Part shown: in pieces, positions 36,952 to 45,446 of the stretch | Layout: every line of letters begins with the position of its first letter | Position numbering within the stretch: the first letter of the stretch is position 1 | Origin: Candidatus Enterousia sp. | GTDB lineage: Bacteria; Pseudomonadota; Alphaproteobacteria; Rs-D84 | Assembly: GCA_045613785.1 (NCBI GenBank) | Contig: JAZLBQ010000001.1 | Span: 2,571-66,570 of the forward strand | Direction of reading: 5' to 3' | DNA length: 64,000 nucleotides | Notes under the pieces: model-generated | The model's database searches: none | Seen by the model: only the letters and a program-made list of their open reading frames with translations | What the model was told of the DNA's origin: nothing | Position numbers and translations under genes: made by a program

Positions 36952-38013
36952 ATGTTAAAACAGTTAAAAGAATATGCAGATTATGCATCAGAAGTTATTT
37001 ATGATAATGAAAATTATGAAATGGATTTGCAGTTCTATTTAACAAATTCTTGTAATTTGAACTGTCCGGGATGTTATCTTTCTGAAACGTTGTGTAAAAC
37101 AGCTAAGTCCTGGAACGTATTGCCGTTGTCAGATCTTGGTTTTTATTTGGAAGAGTTTGAAGATATTCCGGCTTTTACTAAAAATGTTGTCTTTACTGGT
37201 GGTGAAATCTTTACTTTGCCAATCAATGGCCTTGAAAGGGCGGCACATTGTGTTTTAGATCGTGGTTGGGGGTTGCAACTTAAAACTAATGCTAAATGGG
37301 TGATAGATGATAGTTTGTGCAAATCTGTGATGAATATGTTGCGACGTTTGAATCCGGATAGGGGATTGGTTGCTACTGAACAGCAGATAAAGCGGTTTTT
37401 ACATGGTAAACCGAAATTTTTATTGCGTTTGTTGGGGCCAGAAGTGGTGCGAAAATGGATGTTCAAGGTATTGCCTACAACGTCGTTATTGAGTATGGCG
37501 GTATCGGTTGATGACAAATTGCATCCAGTTCAGTCAGCAGATTGGTTTGTGAAAATTATAAATCAAGTATCTGGGGATAAAAGTTTGCGTGAAAAGGTGG
37601 CTTTGAAGTCGTTTACTTTGTCTGATTCTATGTCATTGTTTGAGCAAAAAGTTCTGAATAATCCACAATTAAAAGTAAAGAATTTTTCAGAAATGCAAAA
37701 ACTAATGGGGGTAAAATATTCTGTCAATGGTGCTAAAATTGAATCTTATTTTGGGGATTTTGTGGATTTGACTAAGGTGTCAGCCAAAGAAAAATTATCA
37801 AATTTTGTTCAACCGCCATTGGGGGCTGCCAGGGGGCGTTTGGTGTATTCTTTTTATCCTGATAGAACAGTTGGGTTGGATTCGTATTATTTACAGTCAG
37901 TCGGCCGTGTTTCAACACTGAATACAGATGGTAGTTTGAAAAGTTTTAATAAAATACGTCGTGATATAACAACACAGTTGGTTCTGGATTATGGACGGGA
38001 AATCCAAAAATAA
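36952..38013 (+). CDS. Radical SAM domain protein of unknown function (353 aa).
   Basis: The CxxxCxxC cluster CNLNCPGCY lies at residues 34-41. The GGE SAM-binding motif VVFTGGEIFTLP is present. The roughly 220-aa remainder carries no recognisable signature. Confidence 0.6.
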   Translation: MLKQLKEYADYASEVIYDNENYEMDLQFYLTNSCNLNCPGCYLSETLCKTAKSWNVLPLSDLGFYLEEFEDIPAFTKNVVFTGGEIFTLPINGLERAAHCVLDRGWGLQLKTNAKWVIDDSLCKSVMNMLRRLNPDRGLVATEQQIKRFLHGKPKFLLRLLGPEVVRKWMFKVLPTTSLLSMAVSVDDKLHPVQSADWFVKIINQVSGDKSLREKVALKSFTLSDSMSLFEQKVLNNPQLKVKNFSEMQKLMGVKYSVNGAKIESYFGDFVDLTKVSAKEKLSNFVQPPLGAARGRLVYSFYPDRTVGLDSYYLQSVGRVSTLNTDGSLKSFNKIRRDITTQLVLDYGREIQK

Positions 38014-38084
38014 TTATTTCAATCGGAATCTTGCACGACGGGGAAAAGCGTGGTATTATCCATTTGATATTTTAAGGAAAGATT

Positions 38085-39299
38085 ATGCAAAACGAATTAT
38101 TAAAAGAATTACAGGCACGTGGATTTATAAATCAGACTTCTAATATTGATGGTCTGAATGATGCTTTGAACGCAGGTATGATTACTGCGTATTTAGGTTC
38201 TGATCCAACGGCGGACAGTTTACATGTTGGGCATTTGGTGCCGGTTATGATGATGCGTTGGTTGCAAAAATATGGTCATCGACCAATTACGTTGGTTGGT
38301 GGTGCAACAGGGCGTATTGGCGACCCATCTGGTCGTGATAGCGGCCGTCCGATGATGACTGAAGAAATCTTGGCAAAAAATGTTGCAGGATTAAAAAAGT
38401 CTTTTTCAAAGTTCTTTAAATTTGGTGATGGTCCAACTGATGCGATTATGGTTGATAACTATGATTGGATGAAAAATTACAGTCATTTGGATTTCTTGCG
38501 TGATTTTGGAACAGATTTTACTGTGCCTCGTATGTTGTCTATGGATTCGGTAAAGCGTCGTTTGGATAATGGTATGACGTTCTTGGAATTTAATTATATG
38601 ACATTTCAGGCGGTGGACTTTTTGACACTGTATCGTGAACATAATTGTATTTTGCAGACCTGTGGGGCAGACCAGTGGGGTAATGCAATTATGGGAATTG
38701 AATTGATCCGTAAAAAATTAGGCAAGGAAGCTTTTGTTCTTTCTACGTCATTGATTACAGACGCAAATGGAAACAAGATTGGAAAATCAGCAGGTAATGC
38801 TGTTTGGGTCAATGAAGATAAGACTTCGCCATACGAATATTATCAATATTTCCGCAACATTTCAGATGATTTGGTGGAAAAATTCTTGAAAATCTTTACT
38901 GAAATACCTCTTGATGAAATTGAAAAATTATCTGCGTTGCAGGGGGCTGAATTAAATCAGGCTAAAAAAGTTTTGGCATTTGCAGCAACTGAAATTGCCC
39001 ATGGGCGTGAAGCCGCAATCGTTGCCGAAGAAACCGCTGCAGCTTTGTTCGGTGGTGGGGTAAATCTGGATAATATGCCAATGGTCGAAATCGAAATGCC
39101 TGGTGATATGGGAATCTTGGATTTCTTGGTTGCAACAAAATTGTTTACTTCAAAGTCAGAAGCACGTCGCACTGTTGAGCAGGGCGGTATTCAGATAAAT
39201 TCAGAAAAAATTACTGACCCAAAGTTTGTTGTTGCGATGGCAGATGAGTTTATGGTGCAAAAGGGTAAGAAAGTATTTTTGAAAGTGATAAAAAAATAA
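38085..39299 (+). CDS. tyrS: Tyrosyl-tRNA synthetase.
   Basis: HIGH-type motif HVGHLVP. KMSKS-type KIGKS. A C-terminal S4-like domain. Confidence 0.9.
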   Translation: MQNELLKELQARGFINQTSNIDGLNDALNAGMITAYLGSDPTADSLHVGHLVPVMMMRWLQKYGHRPITLVGGATGRIGDPSGRDSGRPMMTEEILAKNVAGLKKSFSKFFKFGDGPTDAIMVDNYDWMKNYSHLDFLRDFGTDFTVPRMLSMDSVKRRLDNGMTFLEFNYMTFQAVDFLTLYREHNCILQTCGADQWGNAIMGIELIRKKLGKEAFVLSTSLITDANGNKIGKSAGNAVWVNEDKTSPYEYYQYFRNISDDLVEKFLKIFTEIPLDEIEKLSALQGAELNQAKKVLAFAATEIAHGREAAIVAEETAAALFGGGVNLDNMPMVEIEMPGDMGILDFLVATKLFTSKSEARRTVEQGGIQINSEKITDPKFVVAMADEFMVQKGKKVFLKVIKK

Positions 39300-40372
39300 T
39301 GAAGAAGTTTATCGCAATTTGTTCTTTGTTATTTGTTTGCACTGGTCCTGTGTTTGGGGTCAGTGAACTGTCAAAAATAAATGCACAAATTAAACAGACT
39401 GAACAGCAAAATAAAAAGTTAGAACAACAGGTTAAAACATCTGATAGGGAAGTTTCTAAGACAAAAAAAGATTTGGTTCGTGCCGCTGATAAGGTTAGCG
39501 ATTTGGAAGAACAACGTTCTAAGATGGCGAAGAAAATTGCAGACTTGGACAGCCAAAGGGACAGAATCACACGTGAAATGGAACAAAATCGTGGACGGAT
39601 TGCAGATGCTGCTTCTAGTATTTTGTTCGTGGCTTCGCACCCCAGTTTCGATACAGATAATATGCGTAAATATGTCTTGATGTCCGCAGTTCTGTCCGGA
39701 ACGGCACAGCAACTTGATGCAGAAATTGAACGGGCAGAAAAACAGGTCAAGGAACTGAAAAAAATTCGTGATGACCGGGCAATTGAAAAAGAAAAATTAG
39801 ATAGAACAGCCAAGAAATATGCTCGTGAAAAGTCAGAGTTGGATAAGTTGTTGAAAACACGTAGTGCTCAAAATGAAAAATTAAAAAATCAGCATTCTGC
39901 ATTGCAGAAAAAACTGCGTGAGCTGTCAGCAAAGGCTAAAAGTATTTCAGAATTGTCAGCAGGGGTCGGAAGTTCACAAATGTCTGGTGATGCACATTTT
40001 TCAAAACGTAAATTAAATTTGCCAGTCAAAGGGCGTGTGGTTGTTCGCTTTGCAGAAAAAACTGCGTTGGGATTAAAGTCTGATGGCTGGCGTGTTCGCA
40101 CACGTGGTGATGCCTTGGTTATGGCACCTGCTGATGGGGTCGTAAAATTTGCAGACAGTTTCCGTGGATTTGGCAAGGTGGTAATTATGTCGCATAAAAA
40201 TGGATATAATACAGTTATGACAAATTTAGGAAATATTGATGTTATGCTGGAACAGGAGGTCTTGGCAGGAGAACCAATAGGCAGAATGAACCCCGATAAG
40301 CCGGAAATGTATCTGGAAGTGCGACGTGGAAACAAGGCTGTTGATCCGGCTAGACTTTTTAAAGATGAATAA
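39299..40372 (+). CDS. Coiled-coil M23 family metallopeptidase (EnvC/NlpD-like murein hydrolase activator).
   Basis: Signal peptide, then a coiled coil of about 200 aa. The C-terminal LytM/M23 domain reads PVKGRVVVRFAEK...GWRVRTRGDALVMAPADGVVKFADSFRGFGKVVIMSHKNGYNTVM. Confidence 0.75.
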   Translation: MKKFIAICSLLFVCTGPVFGVSELSKINAQIKQTEQQNKKLEQQVKTSDREVSKTKKDLVRAADKVSDLEEQRSKMAKKIADLDSQRDRITREMEQNRGRIADAASSILFVASHPSFDTDNMRKYVLMSAVLSGTAQQLDAEIERAEKQVKELKKIRDDRAIEKEKLDRTAKKYAREKSELDKLLKTRSAQNEKLKNQHSALQKKLRELSAKAKSISELSAGVGSSQMSGDAHFSKRKLNLPVKGRVVVRFAEKTALGLKSDGWRVRTRGDALVMAPADGVVKFADSFRGFGKVVIMSHKNGYNTVMTNLGNIDVMLEQEVLAGEPIGRMNPDKPEMYLEVRRGNKAVDPARLFKDE

Positions 40373-40374
40373 AA

Positions 40375-40400
40375 ATAACCGCCATAATGGCGGTTATTTT
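40375..40400. terminator. Bidirectional terminator between convergent genes.
   Basis: aaaaataaccgccataatggcggttatttttatc. Confidence 0.6.
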
Positions 40401-41332
40401 TATCGTGTATTTGTAGGAAATGCTGATTCTATATAATCAATTTTCTGCATTTGTTCACGAATGAATGCAACCTTGGCAGCATTATTGTCGATGCTTTTTT
40501 GACTTGACGGATTCATGCGTAGATCATCAGATGCCTTGATTATACGACGCAGAACAGTAATCAATAGGCGGTGTTTCATGATGTTGCGTAGGTTCGGATT
40601 ACGTGGCCCTGGCATAGAATACATTGCTGGATTATGCAGGCGTGTATATGCTTCGTAAACAGGTGTCCAGATGTCCAGTTCAATCTGCAGCGGTGCAAAT
40701 ATATCACGATAGATGAAGTTATATTTCGCTTCGGCAAAGTCAATAAATGATAGCGTGCTGGTCAAAGGATCATATAAGACATTGCCAGAATTTAAATCAC
40801 CATGCGACCATGCTAGGCGTGTTTCATATTCAAATGTTCCAATTGCGTCACGGATTTTGCCCAGTTTTTGGGTTTCTTCAACCGTAAACCAGTTGTTCAT
40901 TTTGTTGTTTACAAAATTATCAAGACGTTTAAATTTTAAGTCTTGAGAAATTTTGTGTGAAACAATATCGCCAATCGGACGTGATTCGTTCATATCAACC
41001 AAAAATGATGCAATGCCATCGATGATTTCATAACGCTGGCGACGTGAAAGTTGTTTATATAAATCCGCAGTCAGGTGAAACCCAGGGGCACGTTCTTCCA
41101 GTAATTGGAATTCGTCGTCCTTGATATACAACATTTGTGGAATGTTGTAGCGTGGATTTCCAATGTCATGAATTCTATCCATAGTTTCTTTGGTTTTGTG
41201 TTGTTTTTCTAGCCAGGCTTGACGGGCTTCATCCCCAGATGTTGGCAGTGGACGCTTCATAACAAAACCAGGGCCGAAATCGGCGATATATGTTTCACGA
41301 CCATGGATAAGATTGTTTAGTTCTTCTGACAT
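40400..41332 (-). CDS. Aminoglycoside-phosphotransferase / choline-kinase-like protein kinase fold enzyme.
   Basis: Catalytic loop HGDLNSGNVLYD (HxDxxxxN). Mg-binding IDFAEA (DFG-like). 310 aa. Confidence 0.65.
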   Translation of the reverse strand: MSEELNNLIHGRETYIADFGPGFVMKRPLPTSGDEARQAWLEKQHKTKETMDRIHDIGNPRYNIPQMLYIKDDEFQLLEERAPGFHLTADLYKQLSRRQRYEIIDGIASFLVDMNESRPIGDIVSHKISQDLKFKRLDNFVNNKMNNWFTVEETQKLGKIRDAIGTFEYETRLAWSHGDLNSGNVLYDPLTSTLSFIDFAEAKYNFIYRDIFAPLQIELDIWTPVYEAYTRLHNPAMYSMPGPRNPNLRNIMKHRLLITVLRRIIKASDDLRMNPSSQKSIDNNAAKVAFIREQMQKIDYIESAFPTNTR

Positions 41333-41335
41333 TTT

Positions 41336-42061
41336 TTATATCGTTTTTGATTTTGTTAACAATTTTATTATATCTTCTTGGGTTCGCAGCATACAGGATT
41401 GCATATATGTGTAGTATGCACGTTTGTCGCCACTGGCATATTTTGCAATGGCTTCTTTGTATTTTTGTTTGTCTGCACGACGATTGAATACAATCGGACG
41501 ATAGCCACCTCTTATCAATACCCAGTTCATAATCAAGCGAGCCGTCCGTTTATTAAAATCATCAAATGGTTGCAATGCAATCAATTCATAATGAATCTTG
41601 AACGCACGGTGCAAAATGTCGTCTTTGCTGTTTTTGTAGTTGTATATAATGTTGTTGATGCTTGATTGGATATATGCTGGATCTGGTGCGTGCATGCGTT
41701 GACCATTGATTGTTATCTCAATGATTTTGTTCGTGCTGCGATAGCGTCCACCATCAATATGTGTGTTTGAAGACAGTATGCTGTGAATGTCAAGCAGGGC
41801 TTTTTCGTCAATGTCTTGGGACAGATTGTCTAAAATATAGTCATATGCCAGTCCCAGGTTTCGCATACAGTTGAAATCTAGGTATGGTTGTTGTTCCTTG
41901 TTTGGGACAAAGAACAAGGTGCGTGGTTCTGTATATGATATTTCATGACGCAGCCAGTTTACATTATTTAGACGTTTTACTGTTTCTGTGCCAGATAACA
42001 TATATGTTATAATTTCACGGTTATATTCGATTCTATTCTTTAATTTTGGTGTTCTGGTCAT
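41336..42061 (-). CDS. Fic/Doc-fold protein with a non-canonical active-site motif (QPFDDFNKRTAR).
   Basis: FKIHYELIALQPFDDFNKRTARLIMNWVLI aligns to the Fic core xHxxLxxIHPFxDGNGRxxR. The catalytic His is replaced by Gln, and there is an NKR as in the Doc subfamily. Its stop is 4 nt from the start of the kinase-like gene. Confidence 0.6.
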   Translation of the reverse strand: MTRTPKLKNRIEYNREIITYMLSGTETVKRLNNVNWLRHEISYTEPRTLFFVPNKEQQPYLDFNCMRNLGLAYDYILDNLSQDIDEKALLDIHSILSSNTHIDGGRYRSTNKIIEITINGQRMHAPDPAYIQSSINNIIYNYKNSKDDILHRAFKIHYELIALQPFDDFNKRTARLIMNWVLIRGGYRPIVFNRRADKQKYKEAIAKYASGDKRAYYTYMQSCMLRTQEDIIKLLTKSKTI

Positions 42062-42219
42062 AGGTTTCCCCCTTTGACATATTTGTTATTTTGTATAAAT
42101 ATAGGACAGAAAATATCGTTTGTCAAGGTTCTGAGTTCTTTTATTTTTAGAAAATTTCGGGTTGAATGGGGCTGTTATTTTGGCTATGCTGGTGATGGTT
42201 TTTACGAAAGGGGTTAAAT

Positions 42220-43638
42220 ATGTGGAAGAATTTATTGATTGTTTTGGCTGTGCTTTTGCCGATGGCGGTGGATGCTGCCCCAAAAAACAAGAAAAAAGAA
42301 GAGCCTGTTGTGCATTTAACAGATGAACAGATTTATCAAGAATTGAAAAAATTGGCATTGGTGTTCGAGGTGGCTCGTGAAAACTTTGTCGAAGAAGCCG
42401 ATGAAAAAAAGATGCTGGAAGCCGCAATGAACGGTATGTTGGGGGCGTTGGATCCTCATTCTTCATATCTGTCGGCAGATGATTTCAAGGATTTTAATGA
42501 TAAATCACACGGTGAATTTGGTGGGCTGGGGATTCAAATTACTAGCGATCGTGGTGCTGTGCGTGTGATTTCTCCGATTGACGATACACCAGCAGAAAAG
42601 GCCGGTATAAAAGCAGGGGATTATATTACGCATATTGATGGTGAACAAGTCTTTGATTTGACATTGAATCAGGCGGTAAAAAAGATGAAGGGGCGTCCTG
42701 GAACTAAGGTTAAATTGACGGTTGTGTCCAGTGATGGTGAATCCAAAGAAATGACGTTAAAACGTGCAATTATCAAGGTGGAATCGGTTAAATCTGATGT
42801 CAAGGTTGTCGCAGGGGCTGATATTGATGACGGCGATACACCAAAGGTTGGATATGTGCGGATTTCTGATTTTGGGGCAACAACAGCACGTGATTTGAAA
42901 AAAGCATTGGAAAAATTGGAAAAGAAAAACGTTGTTGGATATGTCGTTGATGTGCGTAATAACCCAGGTGGTTATTTGACGGCGGCAATTGATGTTTCAG
43001 ATGCGTTTCTGGACAGTGGGGAAATCGTTTCAACCCGTGGCAAGGAAAAGGCTGATATTGAACGGGTTTTTGCAAAACCAGGGGATATGGTAAATGGAAA
43101 ACCTGTTGTTGTGTTGATAAACCATGGGTCAGCATCAGCGTCTGAAATTGTTGCTGGGGCCTTGCAAGATAATGGACGTGGTTTGGTTATGGGGTCGCAA
43201 TCATTTGGTAAGGGTAGCGTGCAGCAACAAAAGCCTTTGGGTGATGGAACAGCAATTCATATAACTATTGCACGGTATTATACGCCATCTGGACGTTCAA
43301 TTCAGAATGAGGGGATAACACCGGATGTGGAAGTCTTGCAGTCTAAATTAGAAGTCTTGGAAAAGAAAGATAGTATGTATTCAGAGGCTTCGTTTAAGAA
43401 TTCTTTGAAAAATGACAAGGCAAAGAAGAAAGATAATAAAAAATCAGATAAGGACACTAAAAAGGATTCTGATGAAGAAACACCGTTCGAAGAATTGACA
43501 GACCAAGAAAAAGATGAACGTGATTACCAGTTGCAACGTGCAATGGATATGGTTATTGCTATGGGAAAAATGCAAAATCGCAGTCTTGTTAGTCCAACAG
43601 ATGTGTTGAGTGATAGTGAAGAAAAGAAGGAAAAATAA
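42220..43638 (+). CDS. ctpA: Carboxy-terminal processing protease (peptidase S41), with a lysine-rich C-terminal tail.
   Basis: PDZ domain. S41 core VVDVRNNPGGYL and INHGSASASEI. The tail is KKKDNKKSDKDTKKDSDEE. Confidence 0.85.
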   Translation: MWKNLLIVLAVLLPMAVDAAPKNKKKEEPVVHLTDEQIYQELKKLALVFEVARENFVEEADEKKMLEAAMNGMLGALDPHSSYLSADDFKDFNDKSHGEFGGLGIQITSDRGAVRVISPIDDTPAEKAGIKAGDYITHIDGEQVFDLTLNQAVKKMKGRPGTKVKLTVVSSDGESKEMTLKRAIIKVESVKSDVKVVAGADIDDGDTPKVGYVRISDFGATTARDLKKALEKLEKKNVVGYVVDVRNNPGGYLTAAIDVSDAFLDSGEIVSTRGKEKADIERVFAKPGDMVNGKPVVVLINHGSASASEIVAGALQDNGRGLVMGSQSFGKGSVQQQKPLGDGTAIHITIARYYTPSGRSIQNEGITPDVEVLQSKLEVLEKKDSMYSEASFKNSLKNDKAKKKDNKKSDKDTKKDSDEETPFEELTDQEKDERDYQLQRAMDMVIAMGKMQNRSLVSPTDVLSDSEEKKEK

Positions 43639-43668
43639 AAAAAATCCCCAGTCAGGGGATTTTTTTTA
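43637..43668. terminator. Family terminator, bidirectional (ctpA +, ccrM -).
   Basis: aaaaaaaatccccagtcaggggatttttttt. Confidence 0.75.
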
Positions 43669-44766
43669 AGCAACTTTTTTGATGTCAGATTTAATTTGAC
43701 GGATATATTTACGCAGTTCATCAATTGGAACAAGTGTGCCGTCTTGCTTTTGTGCGGACCAATAATCCCAGCCGTTAAAGCTGACACTGCGTTGCAGTTT
43801 TGCAGCCATAACATGGATTGAACCACGACCATATAATTGGTGTGTCAGTTGACCGTCGTGTGTAATCATTACACGTTCGCCACGTGGGCTGACCAGTGTT
43901 TGACCGATATACAACAGACCAGCGTCAATCAGTTCTTTGAAGGCAACACGGATTTCGTCACGCTTTGGTTTTGTAACTTCGATACCTGATAAGTCTATTG
44001 GTGTGATGTTTGAAATGCGTTTTCTGGCGGCAGCAACGTATGTTGCGTCTTGTTCAATGCCGATAAATTGACGTCCCAGTTCAAGGGCTGCAGCAGCAGT
44101 TGTGCCAGATCCCATAAATGGATCAAGGATTATATCTCCAGGCTTGGTTGATGCCAAAATTACACGGTGTAATAAATCAAGCGGTTTCTGGGTGTTGTGC
44201 AGACTTTTGCCGTCAGAACCCTTTAAACGTTCTTCGCCCAGGCAAATGTTCAAATCCCAATTTGAACGCATCTGTTTGCCACCATTTAATTTCTTCATAG
44301 TTTCGTAATTAAACGTATATTTGCCGGTCTTGGTCGGTGTGGCCCAAATCAATGTTTCGTGGGCATTCGTAAAGCGAGTGCCACGGAAATTTGGCATTGG
44401 GTTTGTTTTTACCCAGACTACATCGTTTAATATCCAGAAACCTAAGTCTTGTAAAGTTGCACCAACACGGAAAATATTGTGATAACTGCCAATCGTCCAC
44501 ATTGCACCATTTGGTTTCAGGACACGTTTGCATTCGGCCAGCCATGCACGGGTAAATGCGTCGTATTCGGCAGATGATTCAAATGAATCCCATTCATCAC
44601 GAACAGCACGGGCGGCTGTTTGATCTTCGGGTCTGTAAAGTGTTTTTGAACCTAGTTGCAAATTATATGGAGGATCTGCAAATACTGCATCAACTGATGC
44701 GTCAGGTATGCCACGCATTAGGTCCAGACAATCTCCCAGCAAAATTTGATTCAGGTATTTGTTCAT
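43666..44766 (-). CDS. ccrM: Cell-cycle-regulated N6-adenine DNA methyltransferase, CcrM-type (GANTC specific by homology).
   Basis: Near-collinear with Caulobacter CcrM: FADPPYNLQLG (DPPY), SYHNIFRVG, FWILNDVVW, PMPNFRGTRFTNAHETLIWA, and FxGxG in ILDPFMGSGTTAAAA. Confidence 0.9.
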   Translation of the reverse strand: MNKYLNQILLGDCLDLMRGIPDASVDAVFADPPYNLQLGSKTLYRPEDQTAARAVRDEWDSFESSAEYDAFTRAWLAECKRVLKPNGAMWTIGSYHNIFRVGATLQDLGFWILNDVVWVKTNPMPNFRGTRFTNAHETLIWATPTKTGKYTFNYETMKKLNGGKQMRSNWDLNICLGEERLKGSDGKSLHNTQKPLDLLHRVILASTKPGDIILDPFMGSGTTAAAALELGRQFIGIEQDATYVAAARKRISNITPIDLSGIEVTKPKRDEIRVAFKELIDAGLLYIGQTLVSPRGERVMITHDGQLTHQLYGRGSIHVMAAKLQRSVSFNGWDYWSAQKQDGTLVPIDELRKYIRQIKSDIKKVA

Positions 44767-44936
44767 CTCTCCTCTGCCATTTCCCTGTGTTCTATTTTAT
44801 CATAAATCGGTTGGAAAAAATTTCAGTTTGGGATAGGTTTATTGAAATAAAGGACTTGATTTTTATAAAATTTGCAATTTTTCAAAAAAAATAAAATACT
44901 TGCCAAGTTGGTTTTTCGTTGCTACCGTATATAACT

Positions 44937-45437
44937 ATGAGATGTCCATATTGCAATTCTACGGATAGCAGGGTGACGGATTCGCGACCAGATATAGAGG
45001 ACGCGATTATTCGTCGTAGGCGTGTTTGTGAACAGTGCGGTGCGAAATATACAACCGTTGAACGTGTTCAAATGCGTGATTTAATGGTGCGAAAAAATAG
45101 TGGTAAGTTAGAGGCTTTTGATAGGGAAAAGCTGCGTCGCAGTATTAAATTAGCATGTAGAAATCGTGATGTCGGCGATGAACAGATTGAACGACTGGTG
45201 ACTTCAATCCATCGCAGATTAGAAACAGAAACCCCAGACGATACGGTCACAAGTGCATTAGTTGGTCAGATGGTTTCGGATTCTTTGTTAAACTTGGATC
45301 CAATTGCTTTTGTGCGTTTCGTTTCAGTGTATCGCAAGTTCTCTCGTGTTTCTGATTTTAAAAAAATTATCGATAAAATACCAGAAGATGATGATGATGC
45401 AGTTGTATGTAAATTGCCGAAAACATCGCTGTTTTGA
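44937..45437 (+). CDS. nrdR: Transcriptional repressor NrdR.
   Basis: The start was moved to ATG 44937. MRCPYCNSTDSRVTDSR...RRRRVCEQCGAKYTTVERVQ is the zinc ribbon and is followed by an ATP-cone. Confidence 0.85.
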   Translation: MRCPYCNSTDSRVTDSRPDIEDAIIRRRRVCEQCGAKYTTVERVQMRDLMVRKNSGKLEAFDREKLRRSIKLACRNRDVGDEQIERLVTSIHRRLETETPDDTVTSALVGQMVSDSLLNLDPIAFVRFVSVYRKFSRVSDFKKIIDKIPEDDDDAVVCKLPKTSLF

Positions 45438-45446
45438 TGATATAAA

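Noticed and set aside
42086-42466. 126-aa minus-strand ORF between the Fic-like gene and ctpA.
   Set aside because: It overlaps the first 247 nt of ctpA on the opposite strand. ctpA has clear S41/PDZ homology. The ORF is Pro-rich, low complexity and without an RBS.
44767-44936. Possible leaderless promoter for nrdR (TATATA 7 nt before the ATG).
   Set aside because: Spacing to the candidate -35 (TTGCCA at 44900-44905) is 22 nt for TATATA. A predicted +1 would fall after the start codon. Not supported.
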